A DNA stretch of 50,691 nucleotides. It comes from Candidatus Omnitrophota bacterium (lineage in GTDB: Bacteria > Omnitrophota > Gorgyraeia > Gorgyraeales > Gorgyraeaceae). Below are positions 10,016 through 18,268 of this stretch, piece by piece. The notes under the pieces were generated by a model, which searched no databases, had not been told where the DNA came from, and was given only the letters and a program-made list of their open reading frames with translations. Position numbers and translations under genes: made by a program. Numbering within the stretch: position 1 is the first letter of the stretch; the number at the start of each line of letters is the position of its first letter. Location of the stretch: positions 1 to 50,691 of the forward strand of contig JBAZOA010000002.1 in assembly GCA_041648935.1 (NCBI GenBank), given 5' to 3'.

Positions 10016-10354
10016 CTACGGTTTTAACAGATAATCGGTAACGGCCTTATGAAGCGCGCTTACCGCTAAAATCGAGCAATGGATATAATCCCGCGGCAAA
10101 TCTTTCAATTCCTCGACAATTTGCTGGGGTGATATCCTTAAAACTTCCGGGATAGACTTCTTCAAACTAAGCCTCGCCGCTATATCACCGCATGCCTTTG
10201 TGAAAACGCATCCATCCGTGTAATACTTTATTTCTTTTACCAGATTATCTTCAATGACAAGATAAAACTCCATCTCATCACCGCATAGGCCTTTAATATA
10301 AGCGGCTCCGGAGGCGTCGTTCATCCTCCCGAAATATTCATCTTTCCTGTTCAT
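10016..10354 (-). CDS. NifU N-terminal/IscU-like Fe-S scaffold-type protein
   Basis: 112 aa with the three spaced Cys of the IscU fold (GLCGDEM, TDGCVFTKACGD, IHCSILAV). Confidence 0.7.
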   Translation of the reverse strand: MNRKDEYFGRMNDASGAAYIKGLCGDEMEFYLVIEDNLVKEIKYYTDGCVFTKACGDIAARLSLKKSIPEVLRISPQQIVEELKDLPRDYIHCSILAVSALHKAVTDYLLKP

Positions 10355-10355
10355 G

Positions 10356-11216
10356 TCAAATGAATGCCCTCCTCAGCGTATCCCAGATTCTCTTAATCTC
10401 GTCTTTTACCGGCGTGTCTTTGTATTCCATGATAGTCTTGCCTTCTACCATGGCCTCCACCACTGTTCTATCGAACCTGACTTTACCGATTAGCGGGACC
10501 TTATTCTCTACGCAATATCCCTCTATTTTATTTGACATGTCCGGGTTCAAATCATGCTTATTGATTACCAGCCGCGCAGGGACATTAAAATGCCTCGTTA
10601 CCTCTATGACCCTCAACGCGTCATGCAAACCGGATAATGTAGGCTCTGTTACCACCACCGCGCAATCTATGCCGGAAAGCGAGGCGATAACGGGACAGCC
10701 TATGCCCGGGGCGCCGTCAATAATCACCCAATCGTAATTTCCGTTCTCAGCCAGATCTTTCGCCTGTTTCCTTACCAGAGAAACAAGCTTGCCGGAATTT
10801 TCCTCGGCAATACCGAGTTTCGCGTGGACCATTGGACCGAAGCGCGTCTCGGAAATAAACCATTCCCCCGCGAGGTTTTCCTCCATCTTTATGGCGCCTG
10901 CGGGGCAAATATGACTGCAAAAGGCGCAGCCTTCGCATGAAACAGGATCAATCACAAAGTCCTGGCTTATGGCGTTAAATCTGCAGGCCACTACGCATTT
11001 ACCGCATTGCTGACAGGTTTTTTTATCAATTGAAGCGCTCAAACCGCTTCTGAAATCATGGCGCTCCTTGATTTTTGGCTGTAATAATAAATGTAGATCC
11101 GCGGCGTCCACATCACAATCAGCCATGACATGATTTTTAGCTAACGAGGCAAATGCCCCGGTCATTACGGTTTTACCCGTGCCGCCTTTCCCGCTGATAA
11201 CGACTATCTGTTTCAT
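10356..11216 (-). CDS. MinD/ParA-type P-loop ATPase with inserted 2x[4Fe-4S] ferredoxin domain
   Basis: Walker A SGKGGTGKT, plus CQQCGKCVVAC and CEGCAFCSHICP motifs. It is a paralog of 13420..14274. Confidence 0.85.
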   Translation of the reverse strand: MKQIVVISGKGGTGKTVMTGAFASLAKNHVMADCDVDAADLHLLLQPKIKERHDFRSGLSASIDKKTCQQCGKCVVACRFNAISQDFVIDPVSCEGCAFCSHICPAGAIKMEENLAGEWFISETRFGPMVHAKLGIAEENSGKLVSLVRKQAKDLAENGNYDWVIIDGAPGIGCPVIASLSGIDCAVVVTEPTLSGLHDALRVIEVTRHFNVPARLVINKHDLNPDMSNKIEGYCVENKVPLIGKVRFDRTVVEAMVEGKTIMEYKDTPVKDEIKRIWDTLRRAFI

Positions 11217-11232
11217 ATGATACTACCCTTCG

Positions 11233-12582
11233 CTATATTTTCCCGTATACGTCCTGGGCCGCCAAGACTATCGGAAACATTGTCGGGGCGCTTGTCAAGT
11301 AAGGATGTGTCGCTACTTGCAAGGTCTCCAATTCCGTGGCGGACATGCGCTTTTGAATGGCGACGCCGATGATATTTATCATCTGCGCGCAGGACATGCC
11401 GCAGCTTACCTGCCCTCCCAAGATAATCCCCGATTGTCTGGAAAAAATTAATTTTATCTTTCCCTTGCAGGCACCCGGCAGCGTCGCGGGATGTTTATCG
11501 ATGCCGTCAACGCTTCCCACGACAATCTCAAAACCCTCCTCGCGGGCCGTCTTCTCGGTAAGGCCGGCTGAGCCTAAAACCAAACCGTCGATATAAGTGG
11601 AATAAATGGCGATCGTCCCCTTGTTTTCACGGATAACTTTTATCTGATAAAGATTGGCTCCCGCGATCCTGGCCTCAGCCGTCGCTGTTGACGCGAGCAT
11701 GACAGAAATGGCTTTTCTGGTATAAAAATCTCTCTTGCAGGAACAATCCCCGATCGCGAAAATATCCGGATCAGTTGATGCCCGCATATACTCATCGGTC
11801 AAAATACCCTTGCAGGACCCTATCTCCAGCCCGGCGTCTACCGCCATTTTCACGTTCGGCCTTGAGCCTGCACCGAGAATAACGCCTTCCACCGAAATTT
11901 CTTTGCCATCGCTGAATCTCACTTTTTCGACTTTATCCCGGCCGATTATTTCCTCGACTCTCGTATTAGTTAAAACAGTGACGCCTTTTTCCTTTAAACG
12001 CTCCTCGGCCATCCGCGAAAATTCAATATCAAATGAATTCGCGAGTAAATGAGGCAGCATCTCCACCAAAGTGACATTTACCCCTTTTAATTTAGACAGC
12101 TCATCAGCGAATTCAACCCCGATAAAACCTCCCCCGATAACTAAAACATTTTTACAGCGCTTGATCCGCTCTATAACGCTCTTTAAATACCCCATTTCTT
12201 TATTTATCGGGTAGACCCCCTGCTTATCTATGCCCTTGATAGGAAGTATTAACGGCGTTGATCCGACTGCCAAAACTAATTTTTCATAAGAATAGCTGTT
12301 TTTACTCTCTGTCTCTATTATTTTTTCTTTTCTGTCCAATCTCAAGGCCTTGTCAACGACTATATCGACATTATTCTTCTCCAGGGAAACCATCCCTAAT
12401 TTATTCTCATCTGGATTATTGAGGCTGACGAACATATAGGGAATCCCGCAGGGTATAACCCCGTCCGCTATATCTTTCATCACCATGATGCTCTTTTCAG
12501 GGTAATATTTTCTCGCGGTCGCGGCGCACACCACTCCGGCCGGGCCGGCGCCGATAATTAATATATCTGCCTTTTTATTCAT
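11233..12582 (-). CDS. FAD-dependent pyridine nucleotide-disulfide oxidoreductase (NADH oxidase / CoA-disulfide reductase-like)
   Basis: ORF 11233..12621. I prefer ATG 12582 (MNKKADILIIGAGPAG), which forms an ATGA overlap with the upstream stop. It has a GxGxxG dinucleotide fold, a single redox Cys in VIPCGIPY and a second GGGFIG fold. Confidence 0.85.
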   Translation of the reverse strand: MNKKADILIIGAGPAGVVCAATARKYYPEKSIMVMKDIADGVIPCGIPYMFVSLNNPDENKLGMVSLEKNNVDIVVDKALRLDRKEKIIETESKNSYSYEKLVLAVGSTPLILPIKGIDKQGVYPINKEMGYLKSVIERIKRCKNVLVIGGGFIGVEFADELSKLKGVNVTLVEMLPHLLANSFDIEFSRMAEERLKEKGVTVLTNTRVEEIIGRDKVEKVRFSDGKEISVEGVILGAGSRPNVKMAVDAGLEIGSCKGILTDEYMRASTDPDIFAIGDCSCKRDFYTRKAISVMLASTATAEARIAGANLYQIKVIRENKGTIAIYSTYIDGLVLGSAGLTEKTAREEGFEIVVGSVDGIDKHPATLPGACKGKIKLIFSRQSGIILGGQVSCGMSCAQMINIIGVAIQKRMSATELETLQVATHPYLTSAPTMFPIVLAAQDVYGKI

Positions 12583-12980
12583 AAAGTCTCCTCTTCTGTA
12601 AACAAACTTAACATTACGCAAATGCCATGAATTACTTTTATGCCGTTATCATTACAAAATCGTATGGCAGCCTGGCTTTCCGCGCCCGGTTGAAGCCATA
12701 CCCGCCTTATACCTTTCTGAAAACATTCTTTCAAAATCTTTTCCGTAACTATAGACGGCGTGACTATATTAACCACATCCACGCTATACGGGATATCGCT
12801 TATGGTCCTATAGCAAATCCGACCCTTTATCTCGCTTAAATGAGGATTAACGGGAAAAACCTCATATCCCTTTTTCAGCAAATCAACTAAAATCTTATAG
12901 GCGTATTTGGTCTCATCCCTGAACGAACCCACTACCGCGAATCTTTTTTGTCTTAAAAAATCTTTAACTAAATCTTCCAT
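12579..12980 (-). CDS. CoA-binding domain protein (YccU-like)
   Basis: KRFAVVGSFRDETKYAYKI...GYEVFPVNP...VWLQPG pattern. The start could be 12980 (MEDLV) or 13013; I chose 12980 because it avoids a 29-nt overlap. Confidence 0.7.
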   Translation of the reverse strand: MEDLVKDFLRQKRFAVVGSFRDETKYAYKILVDLLKKGYEVFPVNPHLSEIKGRICYRTISDIPYSVDVVNIVTPSIVTEKILKECFQKGIRRVWLQPGAESQAAIRFCNDNGIKVIHGICVMLSLFTEEETL

Positions 12981-12984
12981 TTGA

Positions 12985-13383
12985 TTATTCCGAGATTTTT
13001 TCTCCGGAACCATGACCGCTGGCTGAATTAAAAATCTCTTCCACCTTTATTTTAAGCGCTCCTTTAGCTGGATATTTTTCCCCTATCGATTTCATCCATT
13101 TCTTAGCCTCTTCGTATATCGGCCCTGAGTTTAGATAACCGCACCCGCCCTTGATCTGATAAGACTCTTTCCCTCTCCTGATCAAAATGGCGACCGCGGA
13201 ATTCTCAATAATATTCGAGAAAGTTTTTTTCATATAATTATCAACTATTATTATGGTTTCGTCATCAAGGAGATACTTGGCCCCCACACTGCAGACATTG
13301 GGCATGCCGGCGCTTGACGATGTGGCAAGCTGATGAACGGGTTCTTTTTCAAAAATCTCTTTTACTCTTTCAGGCATCTTCAT
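12985..13383 (-). CDS. Pyridoxamine 5'-phosphate oxidase-like flavin-binding protein
   Basis: 132 aa with a split-barrel PNPOx-like pattern (LATSSSAGMPNVCSVGAKYLLDDETIIIVDNYMKKT). Confidence 0.65.
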   Translation of the reverse strand: MKMPERVKEIFEKEPVHQLATSSSAGMPNVCSVGAKYLLDDETIIIVDNYMKKTFSNIIENSAVAILIRRGKESYQIKGGCGYLNSGPIYEEAKKWMKSIGEKYPAKGALKIKVEEIFNSASGHGSGEKISE

Positions 13384-13419
13384 ATCAGAAACCCTCCCGC
13401 TGTCGATTCCCTGTATTTC

Positions 13420-14274
13420 TCATTCAGAAACATCCGCCAGGACCTGTTTATACAACCGCGTAAAGTCTTTTTTATATTCCGGGAATGCCTGAACCATGGG
13501 CTCTCCCTTGGAATAGGCCATGGCTATTTCTTTTTTAAATGGTATTCTCATTAGCACGGGGATATCTTCCCGCTCGCAATATTCCTCGGTTTTATTATTT
13601 CCTAAATCCGAACGGTTAATTACCACGCCAAAAGGGATTTTCAGTTTTCTTAATACCTCGACCGCCAAAATCAGGTCATTTAAACCAAAAGGCGTGGGCT
13701 CTGTGACCAATACGCAGAAATCACTGCCTTTGACTGAGGCTACGACCGGACAGGAAGTCCCGGGCGGGGCATCGATAATAACGGTTTTTTTGGGATCAAT
13801 ATGCTCTTTAACCTGGCGGATAAGCGGCGGGGACATTGCCTCGCCTATATTAAGCCTGCCATGGACAAATTCCATCTTTCCGCGATTACCTGACTCCACT
13901 ACGCCGATTTCCCTGTTTACTTCTTTAATCGCCTTTTCCGGGCAAAGGGCGCCGCAGGCGCCGCAGCCATGGCACAGGTGCGCGAATACCAGGGTATTGC
14001 CTTTTTTTCCATCCTGGCCGGGCAGTACCGCTATCGCGTTATAAACGCAAACCTCGGCGCATTTACCGCAGTAAACACATTTTGAATCGTCAATCTCAGG
14101 AACGGGTATAAAAGCCTTCTCCTGTCTATTAATTTTCGGTTTAAGAAAAATATGGGCGTTAGGCTCCTCCACGTCACAATCAAGAAACTGGACATTATCT
14201 ATAGATAAAGCCAGATTAACCGCGATAGTGGTTTTTCCTGTCCCGCCTTTTCCGCTCGCGACCGAAATAATCAT
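13420..14274 (-). CDS. MinD/ParA-type P-loop ATPase with inserted 2x[4Fe-4S] ferredoxin domain (second paralog)
   Basis: Walker A SGKGGTGKTT, plus CVYCGKCAEVC and CHGCGACGALCP motifs. Confidence 0.85.
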   Translation of the reverse strand: MIISVASGKGGTGKTTIAVNLALSIDNVQFLDCDVEEPNAHIFLKPKINRQEKAFIPVPEIDDSKCVYCGKCAEVCVYNAIAVLPGQDGKKGNTLVFAHLCHGCGACGALCPEKAIKEVNREIGVVESGNRGKMEFVHGRLNIGEAMSPPLIRQVKEHIDPKKTVIIDAPPGTSCPVVASVKGSDFCVLVTEPTPFGLNDLILAVEVLRKLKIPFGVVINRSDLGNNKTEEYCEREDIPVLMRIPFKKEIAMAYSKGEPMVQAFPEYKKDFTRLYKQVLADVSE

Positions 14275-14882
14275 ATGATCCGCCTATAAGCGATTAAAAC
14301 TTCCTGAAATCTACTTTTATGTTCTTTTATCCCGAATCCTTTTTTTAGTAGATAAATTTCGATATCGGATAACATGGTCTTGCTCACCTCGTGAACCCTT
14401 CCTTCAAGGGCGTGTATTTTATCCAGCATCTCCAGGCCTTCCCTGGTAAAATCACTTATGACAATCTTTCCCTCAAAAGAAAGCACGCGTATAAACTCAT
14501 CGATAACCTTATAAGGATTTATAAGATGATGCAGTATATTAACCGCGAAAATAACATCAAAACTTTTATCCTCAAAACTTAGATTTTCCCCGTTTTCGAT
14601 GCGGAAAATAACCTTTTTTTCCAGCCCGAAATATCTAAGATTGAGCTTGGCAAACGCCTGCTCTGTCTCAGAGATATCAAATGTGGTAAAATCATATCCT
14701 GCCCTCGCCAAGCTGAGCGCGAAATGACCTTTGCCGGTCCCTGCCTCCAATATGTCACCGTAAACAGGCTGGGCCTTCTCAATAATGAAATCTCTTTCCT
14801 TGTCTATATCAAAACCAAAGCTTTTATATAAAGCCTTACGCTCTAAATATAGCTTATGGTTCTCCAATACTTCTTTGTCCAA
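14271..14882 (-). CDS. Class I SAM-dependent methyltransferase
   Basis: Motif I DILEAGTGKGHF, then FDVIFAVNILHH. It has a 4-nt overlap with the downstream gene. Confidence 0.8.
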   Translation of the reverse strand: MDKEVLENHKLYLERKALYKSFGFDIDKERDFIIEKAQPVYGDILEAGTGKGHFALSLARAGYDFTTFDISETEQAFAKLNLRYFGLEKKVIFRIENGENLSFEDKSFDVIFAVNILHHLINPYKVIDEFIRVLSFEGKIVISDFTREGLEMLDKIHALEGRVHEVSKTMLSDIEIYLLKKGFGIKEHKSRFQEVLIAYRRII

Positions 14883-14891
14883 GGTAAACTT

Positions 14892-15083
14892 TTACTCCCT
14901 TACCATTTTCGCCCCGCATTTAGGGCAGTTTATTGAAGCGCAAGGCATGCCTGCCTGATGAGGGACTTTTGTCCCGCAAGCGGGGCATACGCAATTCCCT
15001 CCCGGACCGGCTCCAAAACGATTCCCTCCGCCTCCTCCCATACCTCTTCCCGTTCCTGGGCCTGTTCCGTCTCTTCCCGGCAT
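14892..15083 (-). CDS. DUF5320-type small Gly/Arg-rich protein with C-terminal zinc-ribbon
   Basis: Start at ATG 15083 (MPGRDGTGPGTGRGMGGGG...CPACG...CPKCG), preceded by AGGAGG. The longer track ORF to 15161 has no RBS. Confidence 0.65.
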   Translation of the reverse strand: MPGRDGTGPGTGRGMGGGGGNRFGAGPGGNCVCPACGTKVPHQAGMPCASINCPKCGAKMVRE

Positions 15084-15120
15084 GATAACCTCCTTTTTCG
15101 GACGCCGCGATATCTCATTA

Positions 15121-15498
15121 TTATTTATTTGCCCCCGGCATCCCGAATTTTGAACCCACACTTGGTTTCTGTGTTGATTTAAATCCGCCTTTTTTATACA
15201 TCGCTATAGCCTCTTTAACAGTGCCCGACGCGCCGGTAAAAATTTCTATCCCGGCCGCCTGTAATGTCTGAAAGGCGTTTGGCCCCACATTTCCTGTAAG
15301 AACGGCTCTGATCTGCTTGGAAGCGACTAACTGGGCGGATTGAATACCGGCTCCCCCCATTGACTCAAGATTAGGGTTTTGAACAGCCTCGAATTTCAAG
15401 GTCTCGGTATCCGCTATAATAAAATACTGACACCTGCCAAAACGCCCGTCTACCTTGGAATCCAGGCTATTGCCTTCTGAAGTAACGCATATCTTCAT
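15121..15498 (-). CDS. NifX/NifB-C-terminal-like (dinitrogenase FeMo-cofactor-binding fold) protein
   Basis: 125 aa. The pattern MKICVTSEG...VDGRFGRCQYFIIAD...GAGIQSAQLVASKQIRAVLTGNVGPNA is typical of this fold. A GGAGG RBS is present. Confidence 0.8.
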   Translation of the reverse strand: MKICVTSEGNSLDSKVDGRFGRCQYFIIADTETLKFEAVQNPNLESMGGAGIQSAQLVASKQIRAVLTGNVGPNAFQTLQAAGIEIFTGASGTVKEAIAMYKKGGFKSTQKPSVGSKFGMPGANK

Positions 15499-15512
15499 GA
15501 TTTAAAACCTCC

Positions 15513-15911
15513 TTAATGATCGCAATCCTCTTTATGTGGATGGTCGCATTCTGTTTTCTCTATGCCATAACCTTTGCCCGCGCCCGGTTTACAAAGGCTT
15601 TCCCCGCCTTTTAAAGCGCCTTTTCTCATCTGCTCAATAACAGCATCTATTTCTCCGCTTATGCCGACAATCGTCTTGATGCCGAAATCCTCAAAAAATG
15701 ATACCGCCCGCATGCCCATCCCGCCGGCGACTATATACTCCGCGCCTTTTTCATGCAGGAATTGCGGGATAGCCCCGGGCTGATGCCCTGGATTCGCGAC
15801 CTCGGACCTCTTTATGACTTTACCGTTCTCAATATCAATAAGAGTAAACGACGGGCACCTGCCAAAATGGGCTGATACAAATCTTCCGTCTGTGGATATA
15901 GCCACGCGCAT
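15513..15911 (-). CDS. NifX/NifB-C-terminal-like protein (second paralog) with Cys/His-rich tail
   Basis: MRVAISTDG..VSAHFGRCPSFTLIDI...GAEYIVAGGMGMRA, with the tail CDHPHKEDCDH. Confidence 0.8.
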   Translation of the reverse strand: MRVAISTDGRFVSAHFGRCPSFTLIDIENGKVIKRSEVANPGHQPGAIPQFLHEKGAEYIVAGGMGMRAVSFFEDFGIKTIVGISGEIDAVIEQMRKGALKGGESLCKPGAGKGYGIEKTECDHPHKEDCDH

Positions 15912-15927
15912 AACCTCTCCTTTAATT

Positions 15928-15971
15928 AAATGTGATGAGGAATAGAGCGCACTCTATCCCCCATCACATTT
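15928..15971 (-). other. Intercistronic stem-loop within the ORP-like operon
   Basis: The arms aaatgtgatg (15928..15937) and catcacattt (15962..15971) are perfectly complementary, with an inner atagag/ctctat pair. It lies between the stop at 15976 and the start at 15911. No U-run follows it on the coding strand. Confidence 0.4.
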
Positions 15972-15975
15972 TTGA

Positions 15976-16329
15976 TTACTCATCCTTGCTTTTCTGGGCT
16001 TGAACTTTCTCCAAAGTTTTTATGCGGTTTTGGATATCTTTGAGTTCTTCCCTTAAAGCATCGGCCTCGCTTTTTAAGATGTCCGCCTCTTGCTTCGGAG
16101 TTATCTCAGCCTCATAAGGATACACGGGATAGCCGTAACCCATCGCCCAATAACGGTTTCCCCGGCCTCTGCCGCCGCCTCGGCCAAAGCCCCCTCTCCC
16201 TCTTCCGAAATAACCTCTGCCTGAAATCGGATTCGCGTAACCGGGCATGCCATAACCGGCGCAATAGCCGGCCGCCCTCCCTGTCATCGGACCCAATCCC
16301 ATTGGTCCAGTTCCATCTCCTCTTGGCAT
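15976..16329 (-). CDS. DUF5320-type Gly/Arg-rich protein with C-terminal coiled coil
   Basis: Start at ATG 16329 (MPRGDGTGPMGLGPMTGRAAGYC...), preceded by GGGGG. The C-terminus EADALREELKDIQNRIKTLEK is heptad-like. Confidence 0.7.
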   Translation of the reverse strand: MPRGDGTGPMGLGPMTGRAAGYCAGYGMPGYANPISGRGYFGRGRGGFGRGGGRGRGNRYWAMGYGYPVYPYEAEITPKQEADILKSEADALREELKDIQNRIKTLEKVQAQKSKDE

Positions 16330-16352
16330 ACTAAACACCCCCTTTCTTGATA

Positions 16353-17045
16353 TTATTTCAACTTAAGTGATTTCAAACACAAAAACCAATCAAGGCACTT
16401 AATGCCTTCTTTTTGCGCGTTATCAACCCTGTCCTTTGCCGCGCCGCAGCTCCCCGGAGGCGGGACAATGACGTCATCGCCAGGCTGCCAGTCCGCCGGG
16501 GTAGCGATCTTATGCGTATCGGCGGTCTGCATGGCGATAAGCGCGCGCTTGATCTCCTGGAAATTCCTTCCAAGCGACGCCGGATAAAAGATAATCGCCC
16601 TTACCTTGGCCTCGGGGTCCATGAAGAACGTGGCGCGAACAGGGCTTATGTCGCTTGCCGCGGACTGGACCATGCCGTATTTATTCGCGACGTCCATTTT
16701 AACATCCGCGATGACCGGAAAATTCACTTCGACATTCTTCATGCCTTTGAACTCAATCTTTTCCTTGATCGTCCTCAGCCACGCGATATGACTGTAATGG
16801 CTATCGATCGACAGGCCTATGAGTTTGCAATTCAAGGCCTCAAACTCCTTCCCCATGGAAGCGAATGTCATAAATTCAGTCGTACACACGGGTGTGAAAT
16901 CCGCTGGATGGCTAAATAAAATAACCCACTTACCCTTATAATCATCCGGAAACTTAATCTTCCCCTGCGTGGTATCAGCCTCAAACGCCGGCGCCTTTTC
17001 CCCGATGAGCGGCATTCTATTCGCGACTCCTGTATTATTTTCCAT
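16353..17045 (-). CDS. Peroxiredoxin (1-Cys / Prx6-type)
   Basis: Peroxidatic Cys motif FTPVCTTE, an AGGAGG RBS, and a Fur-type box upstream. Confidence 0.9.
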   Translation of the reverse strand: MENNTGVANRMPLIGEKAPAFEADTTQGKIKFPDDYKGKWVILFSHPADFTPVCTTEFMTFASMGKEFEALNCKLIGLSIDSHYSHIAWLRTIKEKIEFKGMKNVEVNFPVIADVKMDVANKYGMVQSAASDISPVRATFFMDPEAKVRAIIFYPASLGRNFQEIKRALIAMQTADTHKIATPADWQPGDDVIVPPPGSCGAAKDRVDNAQKEGIKCLDWFLCLKSLKLK

Positions 17046-17066
17046 TTACTGTCCTCCTTTCTTGTT

Positions 17067-17085
17067 AATGAAAATCATTTTCATT
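17067..17085. promoter_or_regulatory. Fur/PerR-type operator (perfect 9-1-9 palindrome) upstream of the peroxiredoxin gene
   Basis: AATGAAAAT-C-ATTTTCATT is an exact inverted repeat. It contains the 7-1-7 core TGAAAAT-n-ATTTTCA and lies 22-40 nt upstream of the ATG at 17045. Confidence 0.6.
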
Positions 17086-17107
17086 TATGGTTAAAAAAAT
17101 ATAGCGG

Positions 17108-17581
17108 TTATTTCCTGCCGCCACATTCCTCGCACACACCGTAAAACTGTATAAGGTGATTGGTGATCTTAAATTTGTATTTCTGCCCCAGCCCCTTTTC
17201 AGTCTGATTAAGCAATTCAACCTCATCATCTATAAAATCAGTATAGTCAATCACCTTATTGCATTGAGTACAGACTAAATGATGGTGATGGTGCACCCCT
17301 TTAGGCCCTTCGGCAAACTCATACCGCGACCTGCCATCTCCGAAATCAAGCTTATGGACCATCCCCAGGCTTGATAATACATCCAGGGTACGGTATACGG
17401 TAGTCAAACCCACGCCCGGATGCCTATGGTGGATCTTCATGTATATGTCTTCGGCGCTAAGATGGCCCTCGGACTTGGACAAAACGTCAAGGATGGCCTC
17501 TCTCCCCAGGGTAAGCCTATACCCGCAATCCCTGAACTTCCCGTGCCACCAGCCCTGCCCCCTGCATCTGCCTCTTGGCAT
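17108..17581 (-). CDS. Fur-family metalloregulator (possibly PerR-like)
   Basis: wHTH segment (TTVYRTLDVLSSLGMV), a HHHHH run, and CTQC...CEEC structural Zn site motifs. An AAGGAG RBS is present. Confidence 0.85.
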   Translation of the reverse strand: MPRGRCRGQGWWHGKFRDCGYRLTLGREAILDVLSKSEGHLSAEDIYMKIHHRHPGVGLTTVYRTLDVLSSLGMVHKLDFGDGRSRYEFAEGPKGVHHHHHLVCTQCNKVIDYTDFIDDEVELLNQTEKGLGQKYKFKITNHLIQFYGVCEECGGRK

Positions 17582-17591
17582 ATAACTCCTT

Positions 17592-17643
17592 AACGAAAAT
17601 GATTTCCATTTCTAAGTATACAGCGCGGAGGCATTCTTGTCAA
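17592..17643 (-). promoter_or_regulatory. Sigma-70-type promoter of the fur gene with an overlapping imperfect Fur box
   Basis: On the minus strand, TTGACA (17643..17638), a 17-nt spacer, then TATACT (17620..17615). This is followed by AATGGAAAT-C-ATTTTCGTT (17610..17592), which departs from a perfect dyad in 2 base pairs. Confidence 0.45.
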
Positions 17644-17652
17644 GTTTTTTTA

Positions 17653-17964
17653 TTATATTTCTGCGAGCTTCGTTCTTTTCCCGGCTATCGCGGCCGCCGC
17701 CACCATTATCCCCCATATCAGGAAAATCGCCAGGGTCATCGGGATACCCACCTTCATCATTTCCGGCAGAACTTCGGAAAGGCCGGCTGTTAAAAAAGGC
17801 GGATAAAGGACAACTTCTTTGTGAGCTATATGCTCGACCGCCAGCATTACCACCCCTCCCCACAGCATTGAATTTAACCAGTTGATATGATATTTCTCCG
17901 GAATTTTCTTCCCTATAACCGTTGTCACTATAGCCGCCGCGGTTGGAACAGCAAAACAAGCCAT
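17653..17964 (-). CDS. Small 3-TM membrane protein, unknown function (paralog of 17968..18246)
   Basis: 103 aa with an AGGAGG RBS. It shares P..Y....(M)LWG..VM..V(E/D)HI and a late WGI motif with its neighbour. Confidence 0.55.
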   Translation of the reverse strand: MACFAVPTAAAIVTTVIGKKIPEKYHINWLNSMLWGGVVMLAVEHIAHKEVVLYPPFLTAGLSEVLPEMMKVGIPMTLAIFLIWGIMVAAAAIAGKRTKLAEI

Positions 17965-17967
17965 AAA

Positions 17968-18246
17968 TTACCTCCTTTTTAAGTTTGAGATTAAAAGCGA
18001 AATCCCCCAGGTTATAAATACGGGCGCCAGCATCACGATCCCCAAAGCCGCGCTATTCCCAATCATCCCATCTGTTGTCTTCTCCAGAAACGCGCCTCCT
18101 TCATACCCTAATATATGATCCACAAGGATCATGACCGCCGCTCCCCAGAGCATCAAAGCCAGAAAACCCAGCTTATAATCCCTGGGCAGAACAAATTTGC
18201 CCAAAGTCGCGCCCGCCGCCGCGATAGAAGTCGTTACTAACCACAT
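17968..18246 (-). CDS. Small 3-TM membrane protein, unknown function (paralog of 17653..17964)
   Basis: 92 aa with an AGGAGG RBS and the LMLWGAAVMILVDHI motif. Confidence 0.55.
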   Translation of the reverse strand: MWLVTTSIAAAGATLGKFVLPRDYKLGFLALMLWGAAVMILVDHILGYEGGAFLEKTTDGMIGNSAALGIVMLAPVFITWGISLLISNLKRR

Positions 18247-18268
18247 GCCTGCCTCCTTTCCTTTTTAA

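Noticed and set aside
14892-15161. The 89-aa version of the DUF5320 ORF, and the overlapping 62-aa ORF at 14930..15118.
   Set aside because: The AGGAGG RBS sits directly before the internal ATG at 15083, and the conserved MPGRDGTGP N-terminus starts there. The alternative frame is an Arg/Glu-rich shadow of a Gly-rich gene.
9100-17600. Sigma-54 (TGGCAC-N5-TTGC) promoters, which might be expected because ORP loci in Desulfovibrio are sigma-54 dependent.
   Set aside because: TGGCAC occurs (for example near 9128) but has no TTGC element at the right spacing and lies inside coding sequence. I found no convincing -24/-12 promoter.
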